Assembly: GCA_965228475.1 (NCBI GenBank)
Contig: OZ245817.1
Span: 2,592,001 to 2,656,000, forward strand
Reading direction: 5' to 3'
DNA from: Myxococcota bacterium
GTDB lineage: Bacteria; Myxococcota_A; UBA9160; JAFDDA01
Length of the DNA: 64,000 nucleotides
Part shown: positions 45,414 to 54,953 of the stretch, in pieces
Layout: each line of letters opens with the position of its first letter
Numbering within the stretch: the first letter of the stretch is position 1
The notes under the pieces: model-generated
The model's database searches: none
Told to the model about the DNA's origin: nothing
What the model saw: only the letters and a program-made list of their open reading frames with translations
Program-made: the position numbers and the translations under genes

Positions 45414-46199
45414 TCAGGGGTTCGCTTCGAGGAAGTCGAGAATCAGCTCGTTGAAACGCGCGGGCTTCTCGAAGTAGGTCGAGTGCCCTGCGCCGTCGAA
45501 GGCGACGAAGCGTGCACCCGGGATCGCGTCGGCGACGGTCACGAGCGCTTCGCGAGGGAAGATCACGTCCTCGTCGCCGGACAGGACCCGGGTCGGCGTG
45601 TCGAAGGCCGCGAGGTCCTGCTCGTTCAACCGGACGCCGGCGAGGCGAGCCACCGCGGCGGGCTCGAGGCCGGGGTTGAAGCCGGCGATCTGGTCGTAGA
45701 GAAACGCCCCGGTCGGATCGCGCTCCTTGAAGCTCACTCCGAGCGCCGGGCCACCCGGACCGACGATCCCGCCGTCGGCGGCGATGCGCGCGCCGAGCCC
45801 CGCAAAGGCCTGTGCGACGGCTTCGTTCCACACGCCGCCCGGGGTTCCGCAGAGCGCCAGGGCGGAGACGCGGTCGGGGTTCGCCAGGGTGAAGGGCAGC
45901 CCCGTCCAGCCGCCCATCGATTGGCACACGAGGGCCGCGCGCTCGATCCCGCACGCGTCGAGGATCGCCGCGAGGTCGTTCGGGAACTCCGCCGGATCGA
46001 AGTCGTCGCTCGCGCAGATCGAGCGGCCGAAAGCGCGGTGATCGAACGTCACGACCCGGTAACCGCGCTCCCGGAAGAACGGGACCTGCTGCCACCAGAT
46101 CGCCGCGTTGCCGCCCGCGCCGTGGGCGAAGACGAGCGGCCGCCCTTCCCCGTGGACCTCGTAGTGGATCTCCGCCGCCTTCGTCGCGACCCTGGGCAT
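45414..46199 (-). CDS. Alpha/beta-fold hydrolase
   Basis: FAHGAGG, DHRAFGRS, nucleophile CQSMGG, GDED and AGHSTY motifs. Confidence 0.9.
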   Translation of the reverse strand: MPRVATKAAEIHYEVHGEGRPLVFAHGAGGNAAIWWQQVPFFRERGYRVVTFDHRAFGRSICASDDFDPAEFPNDLAAILDACGIERAALVCQSMGGWTGLPFTLANPDRVSALALCGTPGGVWNEAVAQAFAGLGARIAADGGIVGPGGPALGVSFKERDPTGAFLYDQIAGFNPGLEPAAVARLAGVRLNEQDLAAFDTPTRVLSGDEDVIFPREALVTVADAIPGARFVAFDGAGHSTYFEKPARFNELILDFLEANP

Positions 46200-46201
46200 G
46201 C

Positions 46202-47320
46202 CTAGCCCCCCGCGATGCCGTCGAGCCGCTCCATCGTGTCCGCGTACTCCTGCGCGAACTCCTCCATCACGGTGCGAACCGACTTCACGTGGTTCATCGA
46301 GCCCACGATCTGTCCGACGAAATAGTTCGAGAGCTGGCGCGCACCCTCGTGGTTGTGGGCGGTTCGCTGGATGCGGGCCTGGGCCTCGCGGACCAGGCGC
46401 GGCTGCAGCGGCATGGGCAACGGATCCGGGTTGGCCGGATCTTCCCAGGCCTCGGTCCACGCGCTCCGCAGCTGACGGGCCGGCTTCCCGGTGAGCGAGC
46501 GGCTCCGGACGGTGTCCGAAGAGCCCGCCGCGAGGAACTTCTCCTTCACCACGGGGTGGGTCTCGGCCTCCTCCGTCGTGAGCCAGACCGATCCACACCA
46601 GATGCCCTCGGCGCCGAGCGCGAGGGACGCCGTCAGCTGCCTTCCGTTTCCGATCCCGCCCGCGGCGAGCACCGGGACCGGCGCCACGGCGTCGACCACC
46701 TCGGGAACGAGCACCATGGTCGAGACGGTTCCCGTGTGCCCGCCCGCCTCGTAGCCCTGGGCGACGACGATGTCGACGCCCGCTTCGACGTGCCGCTTGG
46801 CGTGTTCGACGGTGCCGGCGAGCGCCGCGACCTTGACCCCGTTGGCCCGCCCCATCTCGATCATCCACGGCGGCGGCGGGCCCAGCGCCGAGGCGATCAG
46901 CGCGATCGGGTACTCGAAGACGAGCTCGATCACCTCGCGCTGCTGCTCGTAGCCGACGGCGATCTCCCGGCCGAGCTTCACGTCCCCCGGAAGCGCGGGG
47001 ACGCCGTGCTCGTCGAGCAGGCGCTCGAGGAACGCGACGTGTTCGCTCGGGATCCGCGCATCCATCTCCTCGGAGTCGAGACCCCCGCGGTCGCTGCCCG
47101 CGAAGCGGGTCGGCAGCAGCAGGTCGACGCCGAAGGGTTTGTCCCCGACCTCGTTGCGGATCCAGTCGAGCTCGACCCGCAGGCCGGCGGGCGAGTGCCC
47201 CGCGACGCCGAGCACGCCGAGGCCTCCGGCCTTCGAAACCGCCGCCGCGACGTCGCGGCAATGGGTGAAGGCGAAGACGGGGAACTCGAGCCCGAGATCC
47301 TTGGCGAGCGAGGTGAACAT
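46202..47320 (-). CDS. Nitronate monooxygenase/FabK-like flavin oxidoreductase
   Basis: AFTHCRDVAAAVSKAGGLGVLG, QGYEAGGHTG and LAAGGIG motifs. Confidence 0.9.
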   Translation of the reverse strand: MFTSLAKDLGLEFPVFAFTHCRDVAAAVSKAGGLGVLGVAGHSPAGLRVELDWIRNEVGDKPFGVDLLLPTRFAGSDRGGLDSEEMDARIPSEHVAFLERLLDEHGVPALPGDVKLGREIAVGYEQQREVIELVFEYPIALIASALGPPPPWMIEMGRANGVKVAALAGTVEHAKRHVEAGVDIVVAQGYEAGGHTGTVSTMVLVPEVVDAVAPVPVLAAGGIGNGRQLTASLALGAEGIWCGSVWLTTEEAETHPVVKEKFLAAGSSDTVRSRSLTGKPARQLRSAWTEAWEDPANPDPLPMPLQPRLVREAQARIQRTAHNHEGARQLSNYFVGQIVGSMNHVKSVRTVMEEFAQEYADTMERLDGIAGG

Positions 47321-47337
47321 GGAGACCTCCTTCGGCG

Positions 47338-48426
47338 CTAGGCGGCCGGCACGAGCCCCTGGAGCCCGGCCGCGCGCTCGCGCAGGAACTCGGGCCCGCC
47401 GAGCAGGTGCCGGGCGTTCGCGATGCGCTTGAACCAGAAGTGCAGGTTCTGCTCGTCGGTCCAGCCGATTCCCCCGTGGACCTGGGTGGCCACGCTGGCG
47501 ATGTCGCGGCCGATCTCCGAGACGTGCGAGAGGACGTGGCACGCCATCTGCGGCGCCTCGTCCGGCATGGCGTCGAAGCTGTGCGCGGCGTACCAGAGGA
47601 GCGAACGCGCCGGCTCCACCTCCGCGATCATCTCCGCGCAGAGGTGCTTCACCGCCTGGAACGAGCCGATCAGGCGATCGAACTGCTTGCGCTCCTTGGC
47701 GTAGGCCACGGCCTGCTCGACCATCGTCTCACAGCACCCGAGCGCATCGGCGGCCAGGGCGATCCGTCCCGCGTCGAGCATGCGGGCGATCGCGGCACCT
47801 GCGTCCTCGAAAACGGTTTCGGGCGCGACGCCCGTCAGGACGACTTCCGAGGTGCAGCGCGTCGCATCGACCGTCGCGAGCCGCGTGGTCTCGACGCCCG
47901 GGGCGCCGCCCCGGACGACGGCGAGCTGCCGCCCGTCGACCGGAACCAGGACGAGATCGGCGCCGAGGGCATCGAGGGCCATGAGCGCCTTGCCGTGGAG
48001 CGCTCCGCCTTCGAGCCGGACTCCGGCTCCTTCGCGAACCGAGAAGCACTCGGTCGCCGCGACTCCCACGACGATCCCGCCGTCGGCGATCTCGCCCAGC
48101 CAGGCTTCCGCCTGGGAACCGCCCGCCGAGGCGAGGGCCGTCGCCGCCATCACCGCCGTCGAGAGGAACGGGGCCGGCGTCGCGGCGTGGCCGAGAGCCT
48201 GGGAGACGAGCGCCGCATCGAGCAGGCCGAGGCCGCTCCCCCCCTGCGCCTCCGGAACCATCACGCCCGTGATTCCGAGTTCGGCGAGCGCCGTCCAGAT
48301 CTTCCGATCGTTCGGGCACGGCGCGTCGCGCAGCTCGCGCACCCGCTCGATCGGCACCCGTTCGGCCAGGAACGAGCGGACCGTTTCGTCGAGGAGCCGC
48401 TGGTCGTCCGAGAGTCCGAAATCCAT
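47338..48426 (-). CDS. Acyl-CoA dehydrogenase (short, probable non-catalytic partner subunit)
   Basis: MDFGLSDDQ, YAKERKQFDRLIGSFQAVKH and QVHGGIGWT motifs. Confidence 0.9.
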   Translation of the reverse strand: MDFGLSDDQRLLDETVRSFLAERVPIERVRELRDAPCPNDRKIWTALAELGITGVMVPEAQGGSGLGLLDAALVSQALGHAATPAPFLSTAVMAATALASAGGSQAEAWLGEIADGGIVVGVAATECFSVREGAGVRLEGGALHGKALMALDALGADLVLVPVDGRQLAVVRGGAPGVETTRLATVDATRCTSEVVLTGVAPETVFEDAGAAIARMLDAGRIALAADALGCCETMVEQAVAYAKERKQFDRLIGSFQAVKHLCAEMIAEVEPARSLLWYAAHSFDAMPDEAPQMACHVLSHVSEIGRDIASVATQVHGGIGWTDEQNLHFWFKRIANARHLLGGPEFLRERAAGLQGLVPAA

Positions 48427-48434
48427 CCCGCCCC

Positions 48435-49613
48435 CTAGGCCCGCGCCGGCTTCGGCTCTCGGGGCAGCCCGAGTCCGCGCTCTGCGATGATGTTCTTCTG
48501 GATCTGCGCGGTGCCGCCGCCGATGATCAGCCCGAGCGAGAAGAACGAGTGCGCCTGCCAGAACCCGCGCTCGCGCTCGTACTTCGTGTGGTCGTAGAGC
48601 GCGCCGAGCTCGCCCATGACGTCGAGCGCCAGGGCCGCCATGTCGAAGTTCAGCTGGCAGTTCTGGAGCTTCACGATCAGGCCCGCGACGCCGGGCGACT
48701 CCTGCTTGAGCGTGCACGTGAGCATCCGCATGCCGTGGTGCTTCATCGAGAGCGCACGCGCCTGGAGCCGCATCAGCCGGTCCCGGTAGACCGGGCTCGC
48801 CAGGAGCGACACGCCATTCACCGTCTCGCGCTCCATCAGGCGCGCCAGGCGCATCCAGGTGCCCTCGGCGTTGGCGTTGAGCGAGCTGCGCTCGTGCGCA
48901 AGGGTGGTGTTGGCGATCTTCCAGCCCTCCCCGCGCCGGCCGACGACGTTGGCCTTCGGGACGCGCACGTCGCTGAAGAAGACCTGGTTGAAGGAGTTCT
49001 CGCCGATGTCGCCGGACATCGTGCGCAGCGGCTGGACCTCGATGCCCGGCGTGTCCATGGGCAGCAGGATGTAGCTGATGCCCTCGTGCTTGCGGGCGTC
49101 GGGCTCCGTGCGGACGAGGATGAAGCACATCTGCGAGATGTCCGCGGAGCTCGTCCAGATCTTCTGGCCATTGATCAGGAAGTCGTCGCCGTGTTCGGTG
49201 GCCGAGGTCTGGAGGCTCGCCAGATCGCTCCCGGAGCCGGGCTCCGAGTAGCCCTGGCACCACATGATCTCGCCACGCATCGTCGGCGCGATCCATTGCT
49301 TTCGCTGCTCTTCGGTCCCGTGGGCAAGCAGCGTCGGCACGAGCATCGAGGGGCCCTGCGCCATCATCCCGCGCGGGATCCCGGCCTTGTTGAACTCCTC
49401 GTCCATGATCACGGTCTCGAGCAGATCGGGCTCGGCACCGTAGCCGCCGTACGCCTTCGGGATCGTCCGGGCCCAGTAGCCGTGCTCGATCAGTTTCGTG
49501 AGCCAGGCGGTGCGGTTCTCCCGGCCCCCCTCCTCCGCGGGTCGATGGTTCGCGAGGAAGTCCCGAACCTCCTCCCGAAAGGCGTCGTAGCGGGCGTCGA
49601 TCTCGAGATCCAT
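48435..49613 (-). CDS. Acyl-CoA dehydrogenase (FadE/ChsE-type catalytic subunit)
   Basis: WCQGYSEPGSGSDLAS, NGQKIWTS, TLAHER (Glu) and GGGTAQIQKNIIAER motifs. Confidence 0.93.
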   Translation of the reverse strand: MDLEIDARYDAFREEVRDFLANHRPAEEGGRENRTAWLTKLIEHGYWARTIPKAYGGYGAEPDLLETVIMDEEFNKAGIPRGMMAQGPSMLVPTLLAHGTEEQRKQWIAPTMRGEIMWCQGYSEPGSGSDLASLQTSATEHGDDFLINGQKIWTSSADISQMCFILVRTEPDARKHEGISYILLPMDTPGIEVQPLRTMSGDIGENSFNQVFFSDVRVPKANVVGRRGEGWKIANTTLAHERSSLNANAEGTWMRLARLMERETVNGVSLLASPVYRDRLMRLQARALSMKHHGMRMLTCTLKQESPGVAGLIVKLQNCQLNFDMAALALDVMGELGALYDHTKYERERGFWQAHSFFSLGLIIGGGTAQIQKNIIAERGLGLPREPKPARA

Positions 49614-49648
49614 GAGGCGTCGTCTCCCTGGCCGTTCCTTCGGCCGGA

Positions 49649-50449
49649 CTAGCGCGCGGGCCGTCGCGTGCCGGGCGCCGGCGGATCGACCGCCCCGCCG
49701 GCGAAGCACTGGGCGATCGACATCCACTCCGTCGCCACCGGGCCGACGACGTCGAGGTCGGTATCCGCCACGTTGCAGTTCTGCGTGACCACGTGACAGA
49801 ACTCGGCGGCGCTCCCGCGCACGCACTCCGTCTCGCTCGGCTCGTTCCACTCCCAGATCGCCCCGGACGGAGCGGCGAGCCGCACGTACGGCGGCGGGCC
49901 GGGCGCCTCGCGTTGGCGGTTCGCGAAGGTCCACCCGAAGGTCTTCACGCCGATGGTCGCAATGTGCTTGAGGCGATCGCTGTAAGTGCGCGTTTCGCCG
50001 ACCAGATCGAAGATCTCCTGGCCGTGCGCCCAGGTCTCCATGAGACGCGCGGTGGTGAACATCGCCACGCCCATGTCGGGCCCGAACCAGGGGAGCCGCG
50101 CCTTCGGGTCCGCGGCCCCGAGCGTTTCCGCGAGCGCGTGGGCCGTGCCCTGCCAGGCCTCGAGCAGGGCCGGCGCGTCGAGTCCGCCGAAGGTCTCCCG
50201 GGCCAGCTGTTTGTGGGTCTTGCCTTCGACCATGGCCGCCACGAGCGCCTTGCGCTCGGGTGCGAAGGCCTCCTCTCCTTCGAGCGAGACCATCGAGACG
50301 CGATCGAAGAAGTGGAGATGCGCGACGACGTCCCAGGGCGTCCACGCCATGAACTCGGTCTCGCGCTCCCAGTGTTCGCTTCCGACCGTCTTCAAAAAAG
50401 CGTGGAGTTCATCCACCTCTTCGCGAAAGTCGCGACAGACCTCGAGCAT
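49649..50449 (-). CDS. TIGR03084-type metal-binding protein (DinB/MDMPI superfamily)
   Basis: WTPWDVVAHL, PWFGPDM, TARLMETWAHGQ and IAQCFAG motifs. Confidence 0.85.
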   Translation of the reverse strand: MLEVCRDFREEVDELHAFLKTVGSEHWERETEFMAWTPWDVVAHLHFFDRVSMVSLEGEEAFAPERKALVAAMVEGKTHKQLARETFGGLDAPALLEAWQGTAHALAETLGAADPKARLPWFGPDMGVAMFTTARLMETWAHGQEIFDLVGETRTYSDRLKHIATIGVKTFGWTFANRQREAPGPPPYVRLAAPSGAIWEWNEPSETECVRGSAAEFCHVVTQNCNVADTDLDVVGPVATEWMSIAQCFAGGAVDPPAPGTRRPAR

Positions 50450-51228
50450 CAGGCCTCCTCGCTCTCGTCCGCCGCCCAGGGCGGCTTCTCTCGTTTCAAG
50501 AACGCGCGCATCCCCGCCGCGGCCTCATCGCCCCGGAAGAGGCTCTGGGAAAGCTCCGCGGTCCAGGCGAAGGCCTCCTCCTGCTCCATCCCGGGGACCT
50601 CGTGCACGAGCCGCTTGGCGAAGCCCAGGGCCTTCGGCCCGCCGAGACGGAGATCGGCGAGGACCGCCTCGACCTCGTCGTCGAGCGCATCTGCCGGAAC
50701 GGCCCGGCTGATCAGACCGAGCTCCGCCGCACGCGCGGCCGGGAACCGGTTCCCGCGCAGGAAGGCTTCCATCGCTTCCCCCTGCCGCATCTTCGGAAGA
50801 CACACGACGGAGATGATCGCCGGGGCCACGCCCAGGCGAACCTCGGTGAAGCCGAACTTCACGTCGTCCTGGGCGATCGCGATGTCGAGCGCTGCGACGA
50901 GGCCGTTGCCGCCTCCGACCACGTGTCCCCGGATCTTGCCGACGAAGGGCACCGGGCACTTCTGGATCCTCACGAGGAGCTCCGGGAGCCCGCTCTTCGG
51001 CCGAGCGCCCTCGGCCGCGCCGGACTGCTCCTTCAGGTTCGCGCCGGCACAGAAGGTGTTGCCCTCGTTCGTGACGAGAACCGCGCGAACGCCGTCGTCC
51101 GCCTCTGCCTGGTCGAGGGCGTCCACGAGGCCGTTGATGACCGTCGCACCGAGCGCGTTGCGGTTCTCGACGTCGGCCAGGGTGACGGTGAGCACCCCTT
51201 CGACCCGTTCGCTTCGGACCTCTCCCAT
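50449..51228 (-). CDS. Enoyl-CoA hydratase (AtuE/LiuC-like)
   Basis: NRNAL, FCAGANL, GGGNGLVAA and FTEVRLGVAPAIIS motifs. Confidence 0.9.
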   Translation of the reverse strand: MGEVRSERVEGVLTVTLADVENRNALGATVINGLVDALDQAEADDGVRAVLVTNEGNTFCAGANLKEQSGAAEGARPKSGLPELLVRIQKCPVPFVGKIRGHVVGGGNGLVAALDIAIAQDDVKFGFTEVRLGVAPAIISVVCLPKMRQGEAMEAFLRGNRFPAARAAELGLISRAVPADALDDEVEAVLADLRLGGPKALGFAKRLVHEVPGMEQEEAFAWTAELSQSLFRGDEAAAGMRAFLKREKPPWAADESEEA

Positions 51229-51345
51229 GCGATCCCCCGTGCTCGCTCCCTGCAAAGTTCCTGGCGGCGAGGGGCCAGGATAATATGAGTTGCCCAAAAT
51301 TACCTCCCCTGTTATTGGTGTCCGCGAACGAACCCTGGGAGCCCC

Positions 51346-53007
51346 ATGCGACCGACCCTGCTCGCCCCGCCCCTGCGATCGAGCCTCGATGCCCGCACCG
51401 CCGAGTTCCGGGAGAACCGCGCGGCCATGCTCAAGCGGCTCGAGGAGATCGACGCACTCCTCGACGAAGCCGAGCAAGGCGGCGGCGCCTACCACCACGA
51501 ACGCCTGGCCAAGCGGGGGAAGCTCCCGGTCCGCCAGCGGATCGCCCTGGCCCTCGACCCGGACAGCCCGTTCCTCGAGATCAGCTCGCTCGCGGCGTAC
51601 AACTCGTCCTACACGATCGGCGGCGGCGCCGTGATGGGCATCGGCGTGATTGCCGGCGTCGAGTGCGTGATCTTCGCGAACGACCCGACGGTCCTCGGCG
51701 GCGCCCTCACGCCCTACGTCGGGAAGAAGTGGATGCGCGCCCTCGAGATCGCGCGCGACAACCACATGCCCTACGTGAGCTTCGTCGAGTCCGCGGGCGC
51801 GGACCTGCGGCGCGGCGGGGGCGGCGGCAAGAAAGAAGGAGCCGCGACCGCCGCCGGAACCCGCATCGAACACTTCGCCGAGACCGGGCGCTTCTTCTAC
51901 GAGATGATCGAGCTCTCGAAGCTCGAGATCCCGACCGTCTGCGTCGTCTTCGGCTCCTCGACCGCCGGCGGCGCCTACCAGCCCGGCCTCTCGGACTACA
52001 ACATCGTGGTCAAGGAGCAGTCGAAGATCTTCCTGGCCGGCCCTCCCCTCGTGAAGATGGCTACCGGCGAGGAGTCCGACGACGAGAGCCTCGGCGGGGC
52101 CAAGATGCACGCCGAGATCTCCGGGCTCGGCGAGTACTTCGCCGAGGACGAGCCCGACGCCCTGCGACTGTGCCGCGAGGTCGTCTCCCATCTGAACTGG
52201 AAGAAGCCCGGCCCGGCCCCGACCCTCCGCCCCGACCCGCCGAAGCTCGACCCCGAGGAGCTGCTCGGGATCATCGACCCCGAGCTCAAGCGCCCGGCCG
52301 AGATCCGCGACGTGATCGGCCGCATCGTGGACGGCTCGCGCTTCGAGGACTTCAAGCCGCGCTACGGCCCGACGATGGTCTGCGGCTTCGCTTCGATCGA
52401 GGGCTACCCGGTGGGCCTGCTCGGCAACAACGGAGTGATCTACCCGGAGGCTGCCGAGAAGGCGGCCCACTTCATCCAGCTCTGCAACCAGATCGACCTC
52501 CCGCTCGTCTTCCTGCAGAACCTGACGGGCTTCATCGTGGGCCGCGCCTTCGAAGAGGCGGGAATCATCAAGAAGGGCTCGCAGATGCTGAACGCGGTCA
52601 CCAACTCCACGGTGCCGCATCTGACGGTGATCGTCGGCGCGTCCTACGGCGCGGGCACCTACGCCATGAGCGGGCGGGCCTTCAACAACCGGTTCACGTT
52701 CCTGTGGCCCACCGCGAAGATCGCGGTCATGGGCGGGAAGCAGATCGCCGGCGTCATGTCCATCGTCCGTCGAGGCCAGGCCGCCCGCAAGGGCGAGGCG
52801 TTCGACGAAGAGGCCGACGCCCAGATCCGCGCCGCCGTCGAAGACGCCCAGGAGCGGGGCTCGGTGGCCCTCGAAGCCAGCGGCGCGATCACCGACGACG
52901 GCATCATCGACCCGCGCGACACGCGCACCGTGCTCGGCATCTGCCTTTCGGTCGTCCGCAACAAGCCCGTCGAAGGCACCGACGGCTACGGAGTCTTTCG
53001 CCTGTGA
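51346..53007 (+). CDS. Acyl-CoA carboxylase carboxyltransferase subunit (AtuC/AccD2-like)
   Basis: RGKLPVRQRI, NDPTVLGG, STAGGAY, LAGPPLVKMATGE and DDGIIDPRDTR motifs. Confidence 0.94.
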   Translation: MRPTLLAPPLRSSLDARTAEFRENRAAMLKRLEEIDALLDEAEQGGGAYHHERLAKRGKLPVRQRIALALDPDSPFLEISSLAAYNSSYTIGGGAVMGIGVIAGVECVIFANDPTVLGGALTPYVGKKWMRALEIARDNHMPYVSFVESAGADLRRGGGGGKKEGAATAAGTRIEHFAETGRFFYEMIELSKLEIPTVCVVFGSSTAGGAYQPGLSDYNIVVKEQSKIFLAGPPLVKMATGEESDDESLGGAKMHAEISGLGEYFAEDEPDALRLCREVVSHLNWKKPGPAPTLRPDPPKLDPEELLGIIDPELKRPAEIRDVIGRIVDGSRFEDFKPRYGPTMVCGFASIEGYPVGLLGNNGVIYPEAAEKAAHFIQLCNQIDLPLVFLQNLTGFIVGRAFEEAGIIKKGSQMLNAVTNSTVPHLTVIVGASYGAGTYAMSGRAFNNRFTFLWPTAKIAVMGGKQIAGVMSIVRRGQAARKGEAFDEEADAQIRAAVEDAQERGSVALEASGAITDDGIIDPRDTRTVLGICLSVVRNKPVEGTDGYGVFRL

Positions 53008-54944
53008 GCTTCTCGACCCTGCTCGTCGCCAACCGCGGCGAGATCGCGCGCCGCGTCATCCGCAGCGCCCACGCCATGGGCATCCGCTGCGTCGCCGTCT
53101 ACGTCGATGCGGACGCGGGCGCCCCCTTCGTGCGCGACGCGGACGAAGCCGTCCGGCTCGAGAACGGCTACCTCGACGGCGACACCATCCTCGAAGCTGC
53201 ACTCGCGACCGGCGCCGGCGCCGTCCACCCCGGCTACGGCTTCCTGTCCGAGAACGCCGACTTCGCGCGCAAGGCCACCGCTGCGGGCATCGTCTGGGTC
53301 GGCCCCTCGCCGGAAGCCATCACCGAGATGGGCGACAAGATCGCGGCGAAGGCCCTGGCCGAAAAGGCCCAGGTGCCCACCCTGCCCGGTTCGGAGGATC
53401 CGGCGGCCGCGGAGGAAGTCGGCTTTCCGCTGCTCGTGAAGGCCGCGGCCGGTGGCGGCGGCAAGGGCATGCGGATCGTGAACGCGGCCTCGGAGCTCGA
53501 AGAGTCGATCGCCGCCGCCAAGCGGGAGGCGCTCGGCGGCTTCGGGGACGACCGGGTGTTCCTGGAACGCTACGTCTCCCGGGCCCGGCACATCGAAATC
53601 CAGATCCTGGGCGATGCGCACGGCAACGTCGTGCACCTCGGCGAACGCGAGTGTTCGATCCAGCGCCGGCACCAGAAGATCCTCGAAGAATCGCCCTCCC
53701 CGCGCGTCGACGCGGCCACCCGGGAAAAGATGGGCGCGGCCGCCCTGAGCCTGGCGCGCGAACTCGGCTACCAGAGCGCCGGAACCGTCGAGTTCCTGTT
53801 CGACGACGAGACCGGAGAGTTCTTCTTCCTCGAGGTGAACACCCGCCTCCAGGTCGAACACCCGGTGACCGAGCTCGTCACGGGCATCGACCTCGTGCGC
53901 GAGCAGCTGCGCGTCGCGGCCGGGGAGCCCCTCGGCTACGAGCAGAGCGACATCACCTTCGAGGGCGCGGCGGTCGAGGCCCGGCTCTACGCGGAAGACC
54001 CGAGCAACGAGTTCCTTCCCGCCACGGGCACGCTCGAGGCCTACGCTCCCGCCGAGACGCCCGCCGTTCGCTGGGACTCGGGCGTCGAGCAGGGCTCGGT
54101 GGTCGGGACCGACTTCGACCCGATGCTCGCCAAGGTCATCGCCCACGCGCCGACGCGCAGCGAAGCGGCCGGGCGGCTGGCTCTCGCCCTGGCGCGCACG
54201 CATCTCGGCGGCGTCGTCACCAACCGCGACTTCCTCGTCCACGCCCTGCGCGCGCCCGAGTTCCTGGCCGGCGACACCACCACGGACTTCATCGATCGCG
54301 TGAAGCCGCCGCGCAGCCTCGAGCCGAGCGAGGACGAGCTCGTCCGGCTCGGCCAGGTCGCGGCGCTCTGGCTCCAGGGGAAGAACCGGGCCGAGGCGCC
54401 GGTCCTCTCCACGGTGCCCTCCGGCTGGCGCAACGCGCGGCTGCCGGACCAGCAGGTCGAGCTCTTTCACGGCGAAGACGTCCTGACCCTGCAGTACCGA
54501 TCGCTCCGAGGCGGCGGGTTCCGGTTCGCCGACGGCACCGACGCCCGCGTCCACGACTGGCAGCCCGGTTCGATCGACGCGGAGATCGGCGGCCGCCGGG
54601 TGCGCGGACGTGTCACGCACGCGGAGGACCGCCTGCACGTCCAGGGCCCGCGCGGGGACGTGACGTTCCTCGAGAAGCCGCGCTTCGTCCTCCCCGGCAG
54701 CGAGGCCGAAGCCGGCGGCTTCGTCGCCAAGATGCCCGGCAAGGTCCTCGCGCTGCAGGTCGGGGTCGGGGACGTCGTGCGCGAAGGCGACACCGTGCTC
54801 GTGCTCGAGGCCATGAAGATGGAACACCCCATGCGCGCGGCCGAGGACGGCACGGTCACCGCGGTCCACGTGGAGGAAGGCGAGCAGGTCGAGGCGGGCA
54901 CGCTCCTGCTGGTGGTCGAGCCGCTCGCGAACGAAGACGCCTAG
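53004..54944 (+). CDS. Biotin carboxylase/biotin carrier subunit (AtuF/AccA2-like)
   Basis: LVANRGEIA, HPGYGFLSEN, GGGGKGMR, RECSIQRRHQK, EVNTRLQVEHPVTE and biotinyl EAMKM. GTGA overlap with the previous gene. Confidence 0.95.
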   Translation: MSFSTLLVANRGEIARRVIRSAHAMGIRCVAVYVDADAGAPFVRDADEAVRLENGYLDGDTILEAALATGAGAVHPGYGFLSENADFARKATAAGIVWVGPSPEAITEMGDKIAAKALAEKAQVPTLPGSEDPAAAEEVGFPLLVKAAAGGGGKGMRIVNAASELEESIAAAKREALGGFGDDRVFLERYVSRARHIEIQILGDAHGNVVHLGERECSIQRRHQKILEESPSPRVDAATREKMGAAALSLARELGYQSAGTVEFLFDDETGEFFFLEVNTRLQVEHPVTELVTGIDLVREQLRVAAGEPLGYEQSDITFEGAAVEARLYAEDPSNEFLPATGTLEAYAPAETPAVRWDSGVEQGSVVGTDFDPMLAKVIAHAPTRSEAAGRLALALARTHLGGVVTNRDFLVHALRAPEFLAGDTTTDFIDRVKPPRSLEPSEDELVRLGQVAALWLQGKNRAEAPVLSTVPSGWRNARLPDQQVELFHGEDVLTLQYRSLRGGGFRFADGTDARVHDWQPGSIDAEIGGRRVRGRVTHAEDRLHVQGPRGDVTFLEKPRFVLPGSEAEAGGFVAKMPGKVLALQVGVGDVVREGDTVLVLEAMKMEHPMRAAEDGTVTAVHVEEGEQVEAGTLLLVVEPLANEDA

Positions 54945-54953
54945 GAGGCCCCG